DNA of 64,000 bases from Adineta vaga (GCA_021613535.1 CP075492.1:16368001-16432000), one strand, 5' to 3'; shown: positions 27,835 through 41,031, counted from the first letter of the stretch. Notes: generated by a model not told the origin, from the sequence alone. A program made the numbers and translations.

Positions 27835-27965
27835 AGGTCTAAAATTGCTACTTAGACTATTAGAACTGTTTGGAATAGAATTTTTTGAATTTCCGGAAAT
27901 TCACCTGATACCCGAAATACATGCAATTTCCAGGCAATCGCTATAACGCATCATATGAATTTTAT

Positions 27966-28076
27966 AAGAATGTGGAACAAAAGATTTCCATTTAGTTATT
28001 AAACCTGTATATTTTGGCTTTCGATATATCGTCGTAGAAAATGAATTAGTGAACTCAGTTGTATTAATAATGGCTA
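27966..28076 (-). pseudogene. Penelope RT C-terminal fragment, upstream continuation of 3400-4226
   Basis: Translates as ...FSTTIYRKPKYTGLITKWKSFVPHSYK, the typical PLE YRKPxxTG motif. Confidence 0.88.
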
Positions 28077-28351
28077 TGTTAGATGGAATACCTTTGGTCG
28101 GGGTTTAATCGTATGGTTATCTATACCTCTATCCTTACCCTTGGTGAGTCATCTATGATGTTTCCCATATGAAATACACACAGATTGCTCATTTTTTCTT
28201 TTTTTGTCTTTCGGTTCATATTTTCTTGTTCATTCAGTTTTTTAAATTTAACAAATTATATTTGAAAATCAATAATCGATTTTGAATTAATATTTTTGTA
28301 AATATTAATACCAATGAACAACTTTAAAGCTGCTGTTAATCTAATTGAATT
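28077..28351 (+). repeat. Inverted Penelope pLTR copy lacking the hammerhead segment
   Basis: GTTAGATGGAATACC...GTATGGTTATCTATACCTCTATCCTTAC...TTTAAAGCTGCTGTTA.TCTAATT matches the reverse complement of ~3062-3430, with an internal deletion spanning ~3205-3295. Confidence 0.88.
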
Positions 28352-28915
28352 TATAAAGACTTTTCCACTGCAGTTTCGATGAACTCGATAGAAAGTTGTT
28401 AGCTATCGAAGTTTTTGTTTCAACATCAAAGTCTGTTTTGCAGAAACAGAGATAAACAACAATTTTAGCAATATATAATTGGTTTAAAAGACTCCGAATG
28501 AGCAACATAATACAGAATTGATATTTGTAATTAGACAAAAGAAGTTGAAAATGTTCTTAATAAGAATGATTTCTTGTTTCTGCTTTTTATTTCTTTTTTC
28601 TTCACTACATTGAATAGGAGGTAGAAAAACGTTCAAACTCATCTACGATCCACATAATAATCAGGAAACAGTATAGCGCTTCTCGAAGCGTGAACCATTT
28701 CAAAATGTGTAAAACAAAACTAGCGGACCGAGTTCAGCATGGCGTTTCACTTAGTAACTGCTTGAGAGAAAAATATAACTTTTTTTCTCAAATATTACTG
28801 GATGAAAAAGGTACTACTTAAATCAGGAGAAAGAAAAAAACAAGAGACATAAAAAGGCACTTACTAGAAGGAAACACATTGCATTTCATCTGGAGGTGAA
28901 TTCTCATAGTTAGTC

Positions 28916-30858
28916 ATGACTTGGGTAAGAGTTTCACTTTTGCTTTTGTTTGTGCTATCCAAACAATTAATCGCACAAGATACACGATCATTTCGAATGT
29001 CTGTCAAGAATGGATGGGAATTTTCATGTGCTGCAAGCACCTTCCCCCGTTTGCGACGGTTTCTGCATTGAATATCCGACAGTGTCAAATTGAATGTTTA
29101 CGACAAGTTCAATGCAAAGCAGCCACCTTTCAACAATCAAATTCGACTTGTCAACTCTTTGCCAGCATACCAAATCAAAATAACTATTCACAGGCAAATC
29201 CGGAGACTACTACCATGATGGTCAGCTCTGAAACTCGCATACCACCGGGTTTGTACAGATATAGTTTATTTTAGAAAGGCAAAAACTCATTTAGAGTATA
29301 GAGATCACACATAAGATCCACAACGGTAACCTACCGTTTCAGATTGATCTCGTATCGACTTCAAGAGGGTCTGATAGAGGTCGTCAAAGTAACTCTAGAT
29401 TTACTCTCACTGTAATGAGACATGTTGTGGGAAGTATTTGAAACAGGTCTGTCGAGTGGCGGTAAATTGTCATAGTCTATGCTGTTTTTTAGGTATAAGT
29501 CTGCAGCTTGATCACAGGAGCTTTAGGGAACAACTACGTTTTCCTAGAATCATCAGAACAAGACATCATACCCTTCGAGAGTCAAATGAAAATCGTAACA
29601 GTGTGGAAGCAATATCTGAAATTAAACGAATGTTGCCTCGGTGTTCTTCGTACTTTCCCTCAGAAATCTACCCAGAATTATTAAAGCGAAAGAACTTCTA
29701 CACTGTTCAATCGGAGTGTAAAGATGCGGATGTGGTTATCGGTGACCGTAGCACCTCTATCTGATAATGACATCTACATGCGCATCGATACCTATATTCT
29801 CACCTACAATCCTTATGACTTTTTAAGACTTAGAGAGATTTGCAGTGAGTAGATGAAAAAAAGCTTTTCATCTTAATTCGTCCAACTCTTATCTTTCATT
29901 CTGATATCTAATATATTTTCACAAAAAAAGAACCGACCACAACCACAACGACAACCACAACCTCAACCTCAACCTCAACCTCAACCACAACCTCAACCAC
30001 AACCTCAACCTCAACCAGGACATCATCAACAACAACAACTAATGGTATGTAGTAGATAAATAATTTATTGCGTTTCGTGCACTGAAAAACAAGCGATGAC
30101 ACTAGACTAAAAAGGTTTTACAAAACAAAAAAAGAAAAAGCGTTCGATACTGGCAACAAACTCGACAGTGTATTTGAATTTTGCAAAAAAATCTATAAAA
30201 GTGTTCGTTTTATGAGATATTAGATTCTTGAACTAAATAAAATGTATTTGAATGTTTTCGGAACATAAAAGAAGTTCGATAACCTAGTATCTCGCAAAAG
30301 GGTGTGGGTATGGTACCTTTCGAGATAGCTGTAATACTTATATAGCAGGTCTTTCACGCACGTGAACATTTCATTTGTCATTTATACTTTTCTAACACTT
30401 TTCTGTGTTTCTCTTGTACTTTCATAATAACTCAAAAAAATTTTCTAAACTGATAATGTCTTGTTTTCTTTTTCATTATATCAACAACTGCAGCGAACCA
30501 GACAATTATTACTAAAGAACTTAGTCCACTAATAGTCGAAGTGCACTATCCAAATGGAAGTTGGTTTCAAGGTACAGTATGTGACGATGGTTTCGCCATG
30601 AACGCTGCTCTAGTCGCTTGCCGATCATATAATAGCGCTGTGACTTCAGCTGCATTCTCTAGTATCACGTGGCAGCCAACTACCTCTTGCAAGTATGGAT
30701 TCGGTAGTGCATTCTCTTTATATCAATGCTCTTTTATATTGGATGACGTTGCATGTAACTCAAGTTCATATTTATCTCTCGAATCTTGTACCTTCCTGCC
30801 TTTTTTCAATCATAATTGTGGCAACAGTGAGTATCTTAGCTTGACTTGCTACAATTGA
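28916..30858 (+). CDS. Secreted PAN/Apple-like + Thr/Ser stalk + SRCR-like domain protein (3 exons; one frameshift near 29043)
   Basis: Signal peptide MTWVRVSLLLLFVLSKQLIA; PAN-like CQIECLRQVQCKAATF...CQLF; Thr-rich exon 29931-30044; SRCR motifs GTVCDDGF...ACR...FILDDVAC...LESC...HNC. Confidence 0.7.
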
Positions 30859-32310
30859 AGATTATTTCTAAAACATTTATCATATGGCTATGTTTATCTA
30901 TTTCTCCTTTTTTCAATATTCCTTTCAAAATAAATTTGTTGAATAAAAACACATCTTAACGGTGTGGGTGTGGGTGTGAGTGTGGGTCAGGGTTTGGAGA
31001 GGTTGGCAGATATAAATAATATACATACACTCTCCGACACTCATGTACTATCTCACTTTTTTCTCTATCACTGTATGTTGGAAGAAACAACGCATGATTG
31101 TTGATCATACGATGGTTGCTAATGTTACAAGTAAATCTTTTTGTCGATACAGAATGAGTCAGAAAAGGAAGAAAAACATAACGAAATATTCAGTTGCCTG
31201 TGTTTTTATTAAATATATTCTCAAAGTAAACGACGAAACCAATAGTGAAAAGATCGAAAGTAGGTATTTATTAACATTTTTTTCTGGATTTAATCAGCGT
31301 GGTCCAGCTCTATGTATGTAGCTATGCATGAGAATATTGTTGCTTTAAGTTTGTTTTCAGCTCCTTTTCATTTAATTAGAATCACCAGAGAAACTGTTTT
31401 TCATTAGAAGGAAGGTCGAGAGAATGCGAAAGTTTATTTCTACAAAATCATTTGTGATATACTTTGATACTTAGATCAGAGAAAATTCTAAAATATTTTC
31501 TCTATTCTTCTGTACAAGTTTACAGAGTATTCTATCAAGCTCTATTTGAAACTAAACTCTTCTGGAAACTGCTGTTTTGCTTTAGATTGTTTTCAGAGAA
31601 TGAAAACGATTCCGAAAAGTTTTAACATTCGGACATTCGCATCCAGTCGGAGCTATTCGAATGCCTGCAAATGAGATTTTAATCTCTAGCCATGAAATAA
31701 ATTTCAGGAGACTACTACATAAGTGACTTTTCGATATAAATATCGCTGAAAATTAAATATTTAATAAACCATTTCTGATCATGAGAAGGAAACTATAGAG
31801 ATAAATCCTTTTAATCTCATTTAAGCTACACAAATATATATGTACGTGTCTGAAAATGGCAAATCACATGTTGAAGATCTTTTTTATGAACTAATTCTCA
31901 AAGAAAAAAATACCTTTTTCAACTGACATTGCACATAATCATTGCTGAACAATCATCCTCCTTGAATAGAATTATAGTTTCACTTTTGCCTGTATCAGTA
32001 TGAGAAACAATAGTTTATCTTGTAGTTTTTCAAGTTCTATCGGAATTGGATTTTAAGTGTTTTCAAGAATTATACAATTCCTTACACTTCCTCTTTGATA
32101 GATGTGCTTTATTTATTATTACTTATTTACTTTTTCTTTCCTGATATCGATTTAAGTCGAAATAGTGTTCCTTATTTACACAAGAACAGAAAAATTTCAT
32201 TGATCAAACAAATCATTTCAGCGATTTTTTTGAAACGAATTAAAAATATTGTTATAGATCATTTATATTTTTCTAACAAATTCGCACAATTTGTGTCCAG
32301 TATAATTACT

Positions 32311-32958
32311 ATGGCCTATTCATCTGTAACCACCATTCTGTTTGCTCGTATGTATCATATGATATGTACAACTAATAATATCTATTAATAATATTGTTTC
32401 TGAATAGTATTCTTTCCTGCTACGATAGTTACTTCGCAAATACTTTACAGATGTATTCTATGCGACGAATGTTCTGCATCTCTGAATAGCACAAATAATG
32501 TTACTACACGTGCCACATCAAAATATGCAGGAACATTTACCTCTTGGTTTGGACTTTCGCAATGTAATACAAATCAAACGATCTGTTGTGCAGATATACC
32601 GTGCCCATCGTGAGACATAGCATCGGTTGAATCTAAGCAGCTTCCAGCGTTGCCCATAAAAAACAGTCGTTTCTATGAGAATGGTTATTATGTTGAGGTT
32701 TTATACCAAACGTCATGTTATTGTTGTGTGGGTCCTTCATGTCAACCTCAATACCAAGGATCATTTAATCTATCATCTCCGACATCAATATTCGATTGTA
32801 AGGATCGTTATCGTCAATGTGCCCAATTGCCTCTATCCGTCTGGTGTAACTCAACAGAATTGCATCTCAAAAGTAATAACACAGTCTCGATGATAATAAC
32901 GGTAATTCCACTGAAATTGATATTGTTTTTATTTCTCGTCCTTCGATCAACTATATGA
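32311..32958 (+). pseudogene. Small secreted Cys-rich protein with hydrophobic C-tail; in-frame TGA at 32611
   Basis: A signal peptide spans one intron, followed by ...CILCDEC...ICCADIPCPS*DIASVES...SCYCCVGPSC...DCKDRYRQC...WCN... and a GPI-like tail. Confidence 0.55.
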
Positions 32959-33848
32959 AAAATCGAACTTTTCTCTCAAAATAATTTCTCAACTGTCAGT
33001 TTATTTTTTGCTCAAACATATATCCCAAGTGAAACGAACAATTCTTTTAAATAAATCATATTCTTTGTTTTTTAAAATAGCGTTGCGATGGCAAGTAAAC
33101 TGTCAAAGCTGCTGTTTATCTACTCTACAGAAATGCTTGCTTGTAGTCTAATGGTGTGATGGGGGAAGAATGTAGACCTTGGTATCGATAAGAAACAGAT
33201 TGTTACATGCATTCGCACTTCCATCCACACCCGCTTTTGAATATAAGAGCGAAATTCTTTGTAAGAGTGCTGATCGAGAGTGTGAATTCTGAAGTTGGAA
33301 ATAATGTATGTAAGTGGAAGAAGTGAGTAATACAAAGAAAAACAGAAGAGAACGAAAAAAAATGAATTTTTATGTAAAGAACAAGAAAACAAACATCGGC
33401 GCAATTTTTCATAGTTGTAAACGAATGATTTATCAATGGTACCATTCTTTTTGTAAATTTACCAGTTGTGTCAAACTTAAAAGTTGAATTCAACTATTCA
33501 ACTGTAACACTAAAATGCTTCCCCTCCCCGCACCATCACCCACACCCTCAATACATTTAAATAAGTATATATAAGTAGAAAAAGAACGCCATATCTACAT
33601 CTGCACCCATTCAAAGTCGAGTGTCGCTGTATGAAAATAAACCAGCAAGGATTAAAATTAGCATCGTGAGAATGTGAATATCATGTTCATCAAATATTTT
33701 CATCTACCCATCCATATCCTTTATAACTTCAATGTTTATCAGTGAAATAAAAAAAGTGATATTCTTATCTCTAATTTTGTATTCTGTGCATCATCATTAC
33801 TACTATCAGCAGTAAACAAAAAAGAGATCACGAATAGTATACGATACA

Positions 33849-35555
33849 ATGCAAGACACACTATTAAATGATGATCGTATCATTTTACGAACAAGTAAAC
33901 GAGTTCGAAATATTCTTTTGTTTATCATTATTAGTCTAATCTTTACAATTGCCAATATTGTTCTTATATCATTGACATTGAATGTTGTTAATAATCGACT
34001 TAAATCTATTATTAATGATAATAAATTGTCACTCGATTCCACATATGCTGAATCAATACGTATTGATGAAGTTATGATACATCTGAATCAATTCCAAAAT
34101 TTAGCTGCGATCAATAATCGAACACGATCAGTTAAAACAAGTGGTTTCAATCAAACAATTGATTATATAACAGATTGTTTATCGACAAATACAAATTTTA
34201 AAGTCAATAAGAAATTTTTTTCAATAAAAAATTTCTTACTCGTTCAAAATCCCATTTTACTTTCATCGATCGATGATTCTATTAAAAATCATACATATTC
34301 AACTAATTTATCCATTGCTGAATTTGTTCATGTTCCATATTCAGGATCAATCAATATTTCTAACTTTATTTCACTTACTACAATTCCCAATTATGGTTGT
34401 ACAGATAATGATTGGTTAACAGCTAATCCAGCACCTCTTGGTCATGTAGCACTCGTTCAAGGAGGCGGTGATTGTAACTTTGTTGATAACAGTATTCTTG
34501 CTACAAAATATAATGCCAGTGCAATCTTATTTTACAACGATGCTACATTTCCACAACCAACTATTTTTAGTCTTGCTCAGACAAATGAAATACCTGCATT
34601 ATTTCTTTCTTTTTATCTCGGTAAAAATCTTGCTGATGCAGCTAGAAATCCATCGATGAATGCAAGTGTTTTTATATCTATTAATGTTATGACTAATGAT
34701 ACATTTCCTGTTGCTAATATTTGTGCTGATACAGCAACTGGAAATGTCACTCAGACAATTGTAATCGGAAGTCATAGTGATAGTGTTACAGCTGGACCAG
34801 GAATTAATGATAATGGTACTAAATACATTGTTGTGAACTTTATTTCATTTCTATTCTGAATAGGTAGTGGCAGTGCAGCCAATCTTGCTTTAGCAGTAAC
34901 ACTTGCTCGTCTTTTTCAAACAAAAACTTATGTTAAATATAAATATCGTATACGTTTTTGTTGGTGGGGCGCTGAAGAACTTGGTCTTCTTGGTTCGGCA
35001 TATCATGTTGGACAAGCTCAAAATTCGACAATTATTGGAGAACGTATCACTGACTATTTGATTAATCTCAATTTTGACATGCTCGGATCTCCTAATTACA
35101 TGTTTGGTATTTACGATGGACATACAATCAAGAATGATACAACTTTAAATTCAGTTATTCCAGGTAGCAACAGAGTTTCTGCATTGTTTCGTGATTGGTT
35201 CATTCGACAAAAGTTGCCGTGGGATTACACAGCGCTCGATGGTCTCAGTGACTATGCACCATTTTTAGCAGCAGGTGTAGTTGCAGGTGGTCTCTTTTCA
35301 GGTGCAGATAATTTAAAAAATCAAGAACAACGTGATCGCTATGATAAACTTCTTGGACAAGGTTTAGGTGGTACTGCAGATGCTAGTCAAGATCCTTGTT
35401 ATCATAAAGCATGTGATTCCATTCAAAATATCAATATTATTGCTTACGAAAAGATGGTACAAGCAGCTGCATATGTTATCGAAACCTTAGCTCAAAAAGA
35501 TAACTTACAAGCATGGCTCTATTCATCGAATACGATTGAAAATGAAAACCATTGA
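33849..35555 (+). CDS. M28 family aminopeptidase with PA domain and N-terminal membrane anchor (aminopeptidase Y / bacterial-fungal type)
   Basis: GSHSDSVTAGPGINDNG|SGSAA (intron ~34817-34863), WWGAEELGLLGS, NFDMLGSPNY, SDYAPF, DPCYHKACD. Confidence 0.92.
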
Positions 35556-35699
35556 CTTATACAATAACTTTCGAACGATCTTTTCGCATAAATGATTAGA
35601 CATTTTTTCTGGAAATACATTTTTTTCTTCTGAGAAAAACTCCTGAAACACTATTGAAGTAAGTAGTAATAACTCAATATAAAGCGTGTGATTGTGGGT

Positions 35700-36000
35700 G
35701 CGTGAGTGGTACATTTTTTGATCAACCTCATTCACAACCACACCCTTTTTGTTAAGCCAGAATGGTGTTCGAAATTCATCAATGAGTAATTCAAGATTAT
35801 TGAAATCCTCTTCGAGATCGAGATGTGAAGAATAGTTGTGGGAGAAGAAGAAATCAAATCGATCGAGGTGAGGTAAGTTAGTACCAATAAATCGCTCCCA
35901 ATAGGATCCATGAAAGATAAGATTGAGTTTGCTTCTTCTATAGATTAGTTTCAGATGCTGAAGTGACGATATCGGTGCAATTAGTTTTTCCAATTTTTCA
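35700..36000 (-). pseudogene. Fragment of an F-box/LRR-type protein
   Basis: LQHLKL...GSYWERFIGTNLPHLDRFDFFF...FRTPFWL is similar to the matching segment of the 50-51.8 kb gene. No N-terminus is seen. Confidence 0.55.
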
Positions 36001-37450
36001 GAAGTAAGTACACAGTCTGTTACATAGTCAACGATTTCAATCTATGTTGTAATGTTGATTCCGATGAAATAATAGGTATATTCTTTTCATTTGTAGTGCA
36101 TTTTTGCATGACTAGTGTAATTATATACTTGATTATTTTTAGATAATAATTCAGTTAATCATGTATTATTTAAAAGCTTCTATCAAATTCATATTTTCAC
36201 ATTTCAAATGATACAAATTCGTTATTGATTTTCTCTTAAGGAAACTTGAACCAAGGATGATTGAAATCTTGTTTACTTTATGTTAATTACCTTAAAAAGA
36301 ATATTCTCTAATCTTGAAATCATTAATCGAAAGTTAAAATTACGAATGTGAATATGAATCTCCTTATTTTCCCACTTTCACGATAGTTGTTCGGTAGTAT
36401 TCAGTAACAGTAATATGTAAACTTTGTACAAAAATCCTAGAATAAATAATTACAAAACATCATGAAGTTACGTATCTGCGCATGTCTTAATCCAACAGAA
36501 CACAGAAAATATGTATTATAATGCACTCATTCAACCATAACTCAGGATAGTTTCAGTGATCAGATGCATGAAACACGCTTGTTTTCATTTGATAAACAAA
36601 CATCGAAGAAAGTTAATAGACATTTTTCACATATTGAATTTTAAAATGGAAGGCAAGCCGACAATGCCTCTGAGCCTTCTAATAAAATACAGAGTAGGTG
36701 ATACAATGTATAGATGACTCAATATTAGAGTTATACAGGAGAAAACTCTCCTATTTTAGCATCTGATAGAGATAAATTCGAAGTAATATTTGTTATCGTT
36801 TAAACAAAGGGACAAGCTATAGATCTGTTCATTGTCTGAAGAAAGAAGATAAAGAAACATCGATTATTATTTGATTTGACAAAAAAACACTATAGCAAAT
36901 ATTCGTTATACTTATCACTTGTTCAAAAATAATAACAATTCTAACAAAAATCAAAGAAAAGCGTGTAATTTAACTCCATTATAATTCAACAACAGTTACA
37001 AATCACTTTTGTAGTGCAAATATGTTTTCAAAAGTATTAATATTTCATCAGAGCATCAAAGTATCTATTTCTATCACTTATTTATAATAAACTCATGAAC
37101 GAATTATCAATGACTTCAAAATTTATAGATAATGATTGATGCAGAGACGTGTAGCAAGTAAATTGACTAGGTTCCTTTCTTTTCATTTCGTAAAGGGCAA
37201 AAAGTGTTCATGCTAGATCATGATTTGAATTGGCAACAGCTTATTCTTCGCAAATAATTATAAACAACACGATGTTCTGGTTGAATAGCTAGCGTAATTT
37301 AATCGATCATTTTTTTCTTTCCTTCAAAACAACACCGTGTTCTAGCTGAATGAACCACTTTCACTATCCGATTGTATAAATTCTAACCTATTTTCTATCA
37401 TTCAACGGGTAATTTCATATTCTCACTCAATAACCAATCGCAACAAGCAA

Positions 37451-39459
37451 ATGCATTCATCTACAATTATTTCATTGATTATAGTTCTCGTTGCAATTGC
37501 TACGAAACATTCGTCAGTTGCAATACACGACTCTTACATCCAAGCTTTGCGTCGACGAAGTGATAGTTACAATTATGATGAAAATAAACGGTACAATATG
37601 TTATTACGAAGTGTCCTAGAACAAATAAATGACAATGAAGACAGTGACGATGACCTTCAAGCGGTGATGCAGGAGCGTGCTGATACAGGTAAAGGTTTTT
37701 CTTACATTTATATGCCGATTCATTTTCTCTAGACAAAAGTATGAGAAGTATATAAACTAGTTCGTTTTCAGATGAGACGCAGAGTGAATGGAAAAACCGT
37801 TCTGTGAAAAAAGTGTATAACTAATATTTCAAATGTAGAAGGTTCATGAAATAGTTTAGAAATATAGAAGAAGATGATGATGATGATGAATTGAATGTGT
37901 TTGCTGTGATAAGCAAGTTTTTGATCGAAAATTTTATAAAGCCGTTTGCTTTGTAAATGTTATATTTCGATCACAATAGATTGTAAAACGAATCAGTTGC
38001 AGATTGAATTAGTCAAGTGAGTCTCATCAATCTTTGATATTTCTAAGAACAAAACGACTTGATTCTGAGATATTTCACATAATAGTTACAAGTTATTTTC
38101 TTAACGAGGGTTAGACTTCATTCTCAAAAGATATGGTTTTATCCACAAAAGCGATGGGAATTATGTAAAGTCAACCATTTAATATCTTCATTTATCTATC
38201 GGCAGTGTAACGTTCAAGTCAGGAAATATGGACCAAAAAAGTTTAAAATTTTTATTGTGATAATAGTTCTATAGCACTCTATTATCTCTTTACAATGATT
38301 CTGATATCCTCATAATTTCTTTCTTTATTCGAAACTTTCGCAGGTTGTTTCCACTTTACTGTTTATGTTCAAAATGTTTGAAAAAAGTCTCTTGTTTGAT
38401 ATTAGTAATAGTCATAATTCACGATTTATTCATTGTTCTACAGTTTCTTAAACTTTTTTCTATTATAAAACTTTGAGAAGATTCTTCTCTTGAATCTCAA
38501 CAGTTTTGAAAAGGTCAATAATGAACATGTATTCTGAACTCTTGTCTTTTTTTCTATTTAGCAAAACCTGAAATCAAAGCAGGAATACAACGAGCAAGCA
38601 CTGGAGGAACTTTCTACAACGCTTTAAATTCTCTTGGTACTACTAAGACATATTTTCCTGTGTCAATTCGTATGTCAACATCAGTTGTGTGGGGATCCAC
38701 AATAGTGAGTAAGTAAAAATGCTTTTTTTCGATATTGATGACTGTGAGTTAAATTGATCTGCATAACAGGTTTGTTACTATAAAATTATAAATTGTATTG
38801 TTCTGAATATAAATATGTCATAAGTGTAGTCTTATGATAGAACAAAGCTGAAAATTTGAACAAAACACAAAAGAATACGACACTGAGAGCTACATTTTAG
38901 TCAATAGCTTCTTCAAAACTTTACACTCTTGTGGAAAATTATATATATATTTATATATATTCGGAAAGGAAAAAATTCATTTATCTTTCTATGATAAAAA
39001 CATCTGATCAGGACATATTCATTCACAACAATGGAATTTATAATTTCAATAATAAATCTGTTATTCGCATTGGCCTGAACCATTATGATTGATAATGGAA
39101 AAATAATTATGATTGTTTGTCTAGAATCGATTCAAGTCACCTATGAAGCAACTGATGGAACGCAAATCACTGCACCATCAATTGGTATCAATGATCCTGC
39201 CACCGCATGTCCTGTTTTCAATTTAGCTCGTGACGAGAGAATCATTAAAGTTACGGGTGGCGCTGGCTCTTTTATTGATTGGTTACAGTTTACTACCAAC
39301 AAAGGTAGAACGAGTAATAAATGTGGTGGTAATGGTGGCGGACAATTTACAGAAGAATATTCAGGCTATGCTCTTTCGTATATAAATGGTAATGCACAAA
39401 CCGGATTAGAGGGAATCCGTTTTTATTGGTACAAAATTCCAGGTAGGATACATCAGTAA
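37451..39459 (+). CDS. Secreted pre-pro protein with a C-terminal jacalin-like lectin domain (multi-exon)
   Basis: Exon 37451-37688 has a signal peptide and an acidic region with RRR/KR sites. It is phase-compatible with exons 38562-~38708 and 39125-39459, giving TGGTF...VKSIQVTY...FNLARDERIIKVTGGAGSFIDWLQFTTNKGR...GGNGG...GIRFYW. Confidence 0.65.
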
Positions 39460-40300
39460 AGCTTATGCTCGTTGTATGCTTTTGTGTACGAGATGGAAAA
39501 AAATCTCGGTAAATTTTATTGACTATCACTGTTAAATATATAGAAATATATAATTTTCTAGAATTATGTTGCATCTTCAAAAGTATAGATAGAGGGTATG
39601 GATATATTTGTTTATTCTCACTCATATCCACAATCACACACGATGCAAAGTAGACTGACACTATATTCAATATCCTCAGACCTGTAGATGTTATTAAGCA
39701 GCGTTTACAATTGATTTTTTAGTTATTTTACAATACGAATCTTGTATGATGATATAAAAAGCATAGTTTCGGATCTTAGCAGATCTTGTTGTCAGTCTTG
39801 CTACAAGAAATCACAGAGACGATGATTTTTTATATGATCAGTCAAGAATCAGTGACCTATCTTAACGTATGATTTTACGTCCTGGCAAATAGACTTATCA
39901 AAGCTGTTATTTGACTGTTTCATATCATTAAGTTAATTCACCGGTACAGAGTTCATCATAATTACTATATCAAGACTTTTAGATCCATTATTTTGATAGT
40001 AAACTTTAAAACGTTATTAAATTTCTTAATATTTATACATGCTTCATTCCAAAAAATGAGAAAATTCTATCTTAATACAGTATCTGGACAAAATACTACA
40101 ATCGAACTCGATAGAACACAAAAAGAAATATGATGCGCCATGAGAATGACTATCAAATTCGCATAAAATCTAGAAATTTTTGGAACTATTTAGCTATACG
40201 AGAGTATCGTAATGAAGATGGTAGGTCAATTATTTTTTGTTATCTATTTTTAAACAATTAAAACTTATTGATCAGGATATATATGTTTACTTTATATAAG

Positions 40301-40707
40301 TATGTTCTTCTCAATGTCAAAATGGTGGTCAGTGTACTGGTCCAAATAACTGCACATGTACCTCAAAATGGACTGGTCCTACATGCGAACAACGTATGTT
40401 GAATACTGAGTTTGTTGATTATGTTTATTGTTTTCATTCTATTACTCTAGCTAAATGTTTTGGATGTGGATGTCAAAATGGTGGTCAATGTACTGGCCCA
40501 GATATGCACATGTACCTACAATGGACTGGTCCAGCATGTACACAACGTGAGTTGTATATTGAGTTTTCATTACTTTTTTCTGATTCTTTTTCTTTCGTTT
40601 CAGCCATATGTTCATCTGAATGTAAAAATGGTGGTTTATGTACTGCTCCAAATACTTGCACTTGCGCACTTGAATGGAATGGTCCTACATGTGAAACACG
40701 CAAATAA
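40301..40707 (+). pseudogene. Three tandem EGF-like exons (second is frameshifted)
   Basis: CQNGGQCTGPNNCTCTSKWTGPTCEQ; CQNGGQCTGPD/..WTGPACTQ; CKNGGLCTAPNTCTCALEWNGPTCET. One EGF repeat per exon. Confidence 0.7.
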
Positions 40708-41031
40708 TTGTTTCCACTTGAAAGACTCTTTCCTTCAAAATAGACATTCACCCAAAAATTCTCTGCACTTATTCTCTATTTAGTTATTAATAAGAATTTG
40801 TATCTGCATGATTAACTATAACATACAATAAGCATGTAGGCGGATGAGAACGGGTTTAATCATTTCTTCTTTGAATTTCACCCATATTCACATTCACTTT
40901 GATACTAATATTTTAGTTTTTAGTTTTATACTTACAACCATCTTTATATCATGTCTCTACTAATCACTAACAATCTTCTACTTATCGCAAAACATTCAAA
41001 ATAATCCAGCTTAAATTTTACTTTTTTCATA

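Larger units (their letters stand above)
4227..27957. mobile_element. Giant (23,731 bp) KDZ-superfamily DNA transposon with cargo genes
   Basis: Perfect 8-bp TSD AATTTTAT at 4219-4226 and 27958-27965. TIRs are GATTTGATGCGTTATAGCGTTTTCCGGGAAA and (reverse complement) CATATGATGCGTTATAGCGATTGCCTGGAAA. Inverted subterminal arrays flank an internal KDZ transposase. Removing the element plus one TSD restores the Penelope frame ...SFVPHSYK-ISTLSSMVYRA. Confidence 0.9.
3024..28351 (-). mobile_element. 5'-truncated, decayed Penelope-like retroelement with inverted pLTR, interrupted by a 23.7-kb DNA transposon
   Basis: TATAAAGACTTTT is a 13-bp direct repeat at 3011-3023 and 28352-28364 (TSD). Segment ~3062-3430 recurs inverted at ~28077-28351. 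The RT C-terminal and GIY-YIG coding remnants lie on the minus strand on both sides of the insertion. Confidence 0.88.

Noticed and set aside
29280-29830. GC-richer intronic segment with a 108-aa ORF, possible inserted element
   Set aside because: No recognisable motif, TIR or TSD could be established.
29908-30102. Val/Glu-rich minus-strand ORF
   Set aside because: Antisense of the Thr/Ser-rich exon.
32611-32613. Selenocysteine codon
   Set aside because: No SECIS-like structure identified in the short AT-rich 3' region, and no known selenoprotein fold.
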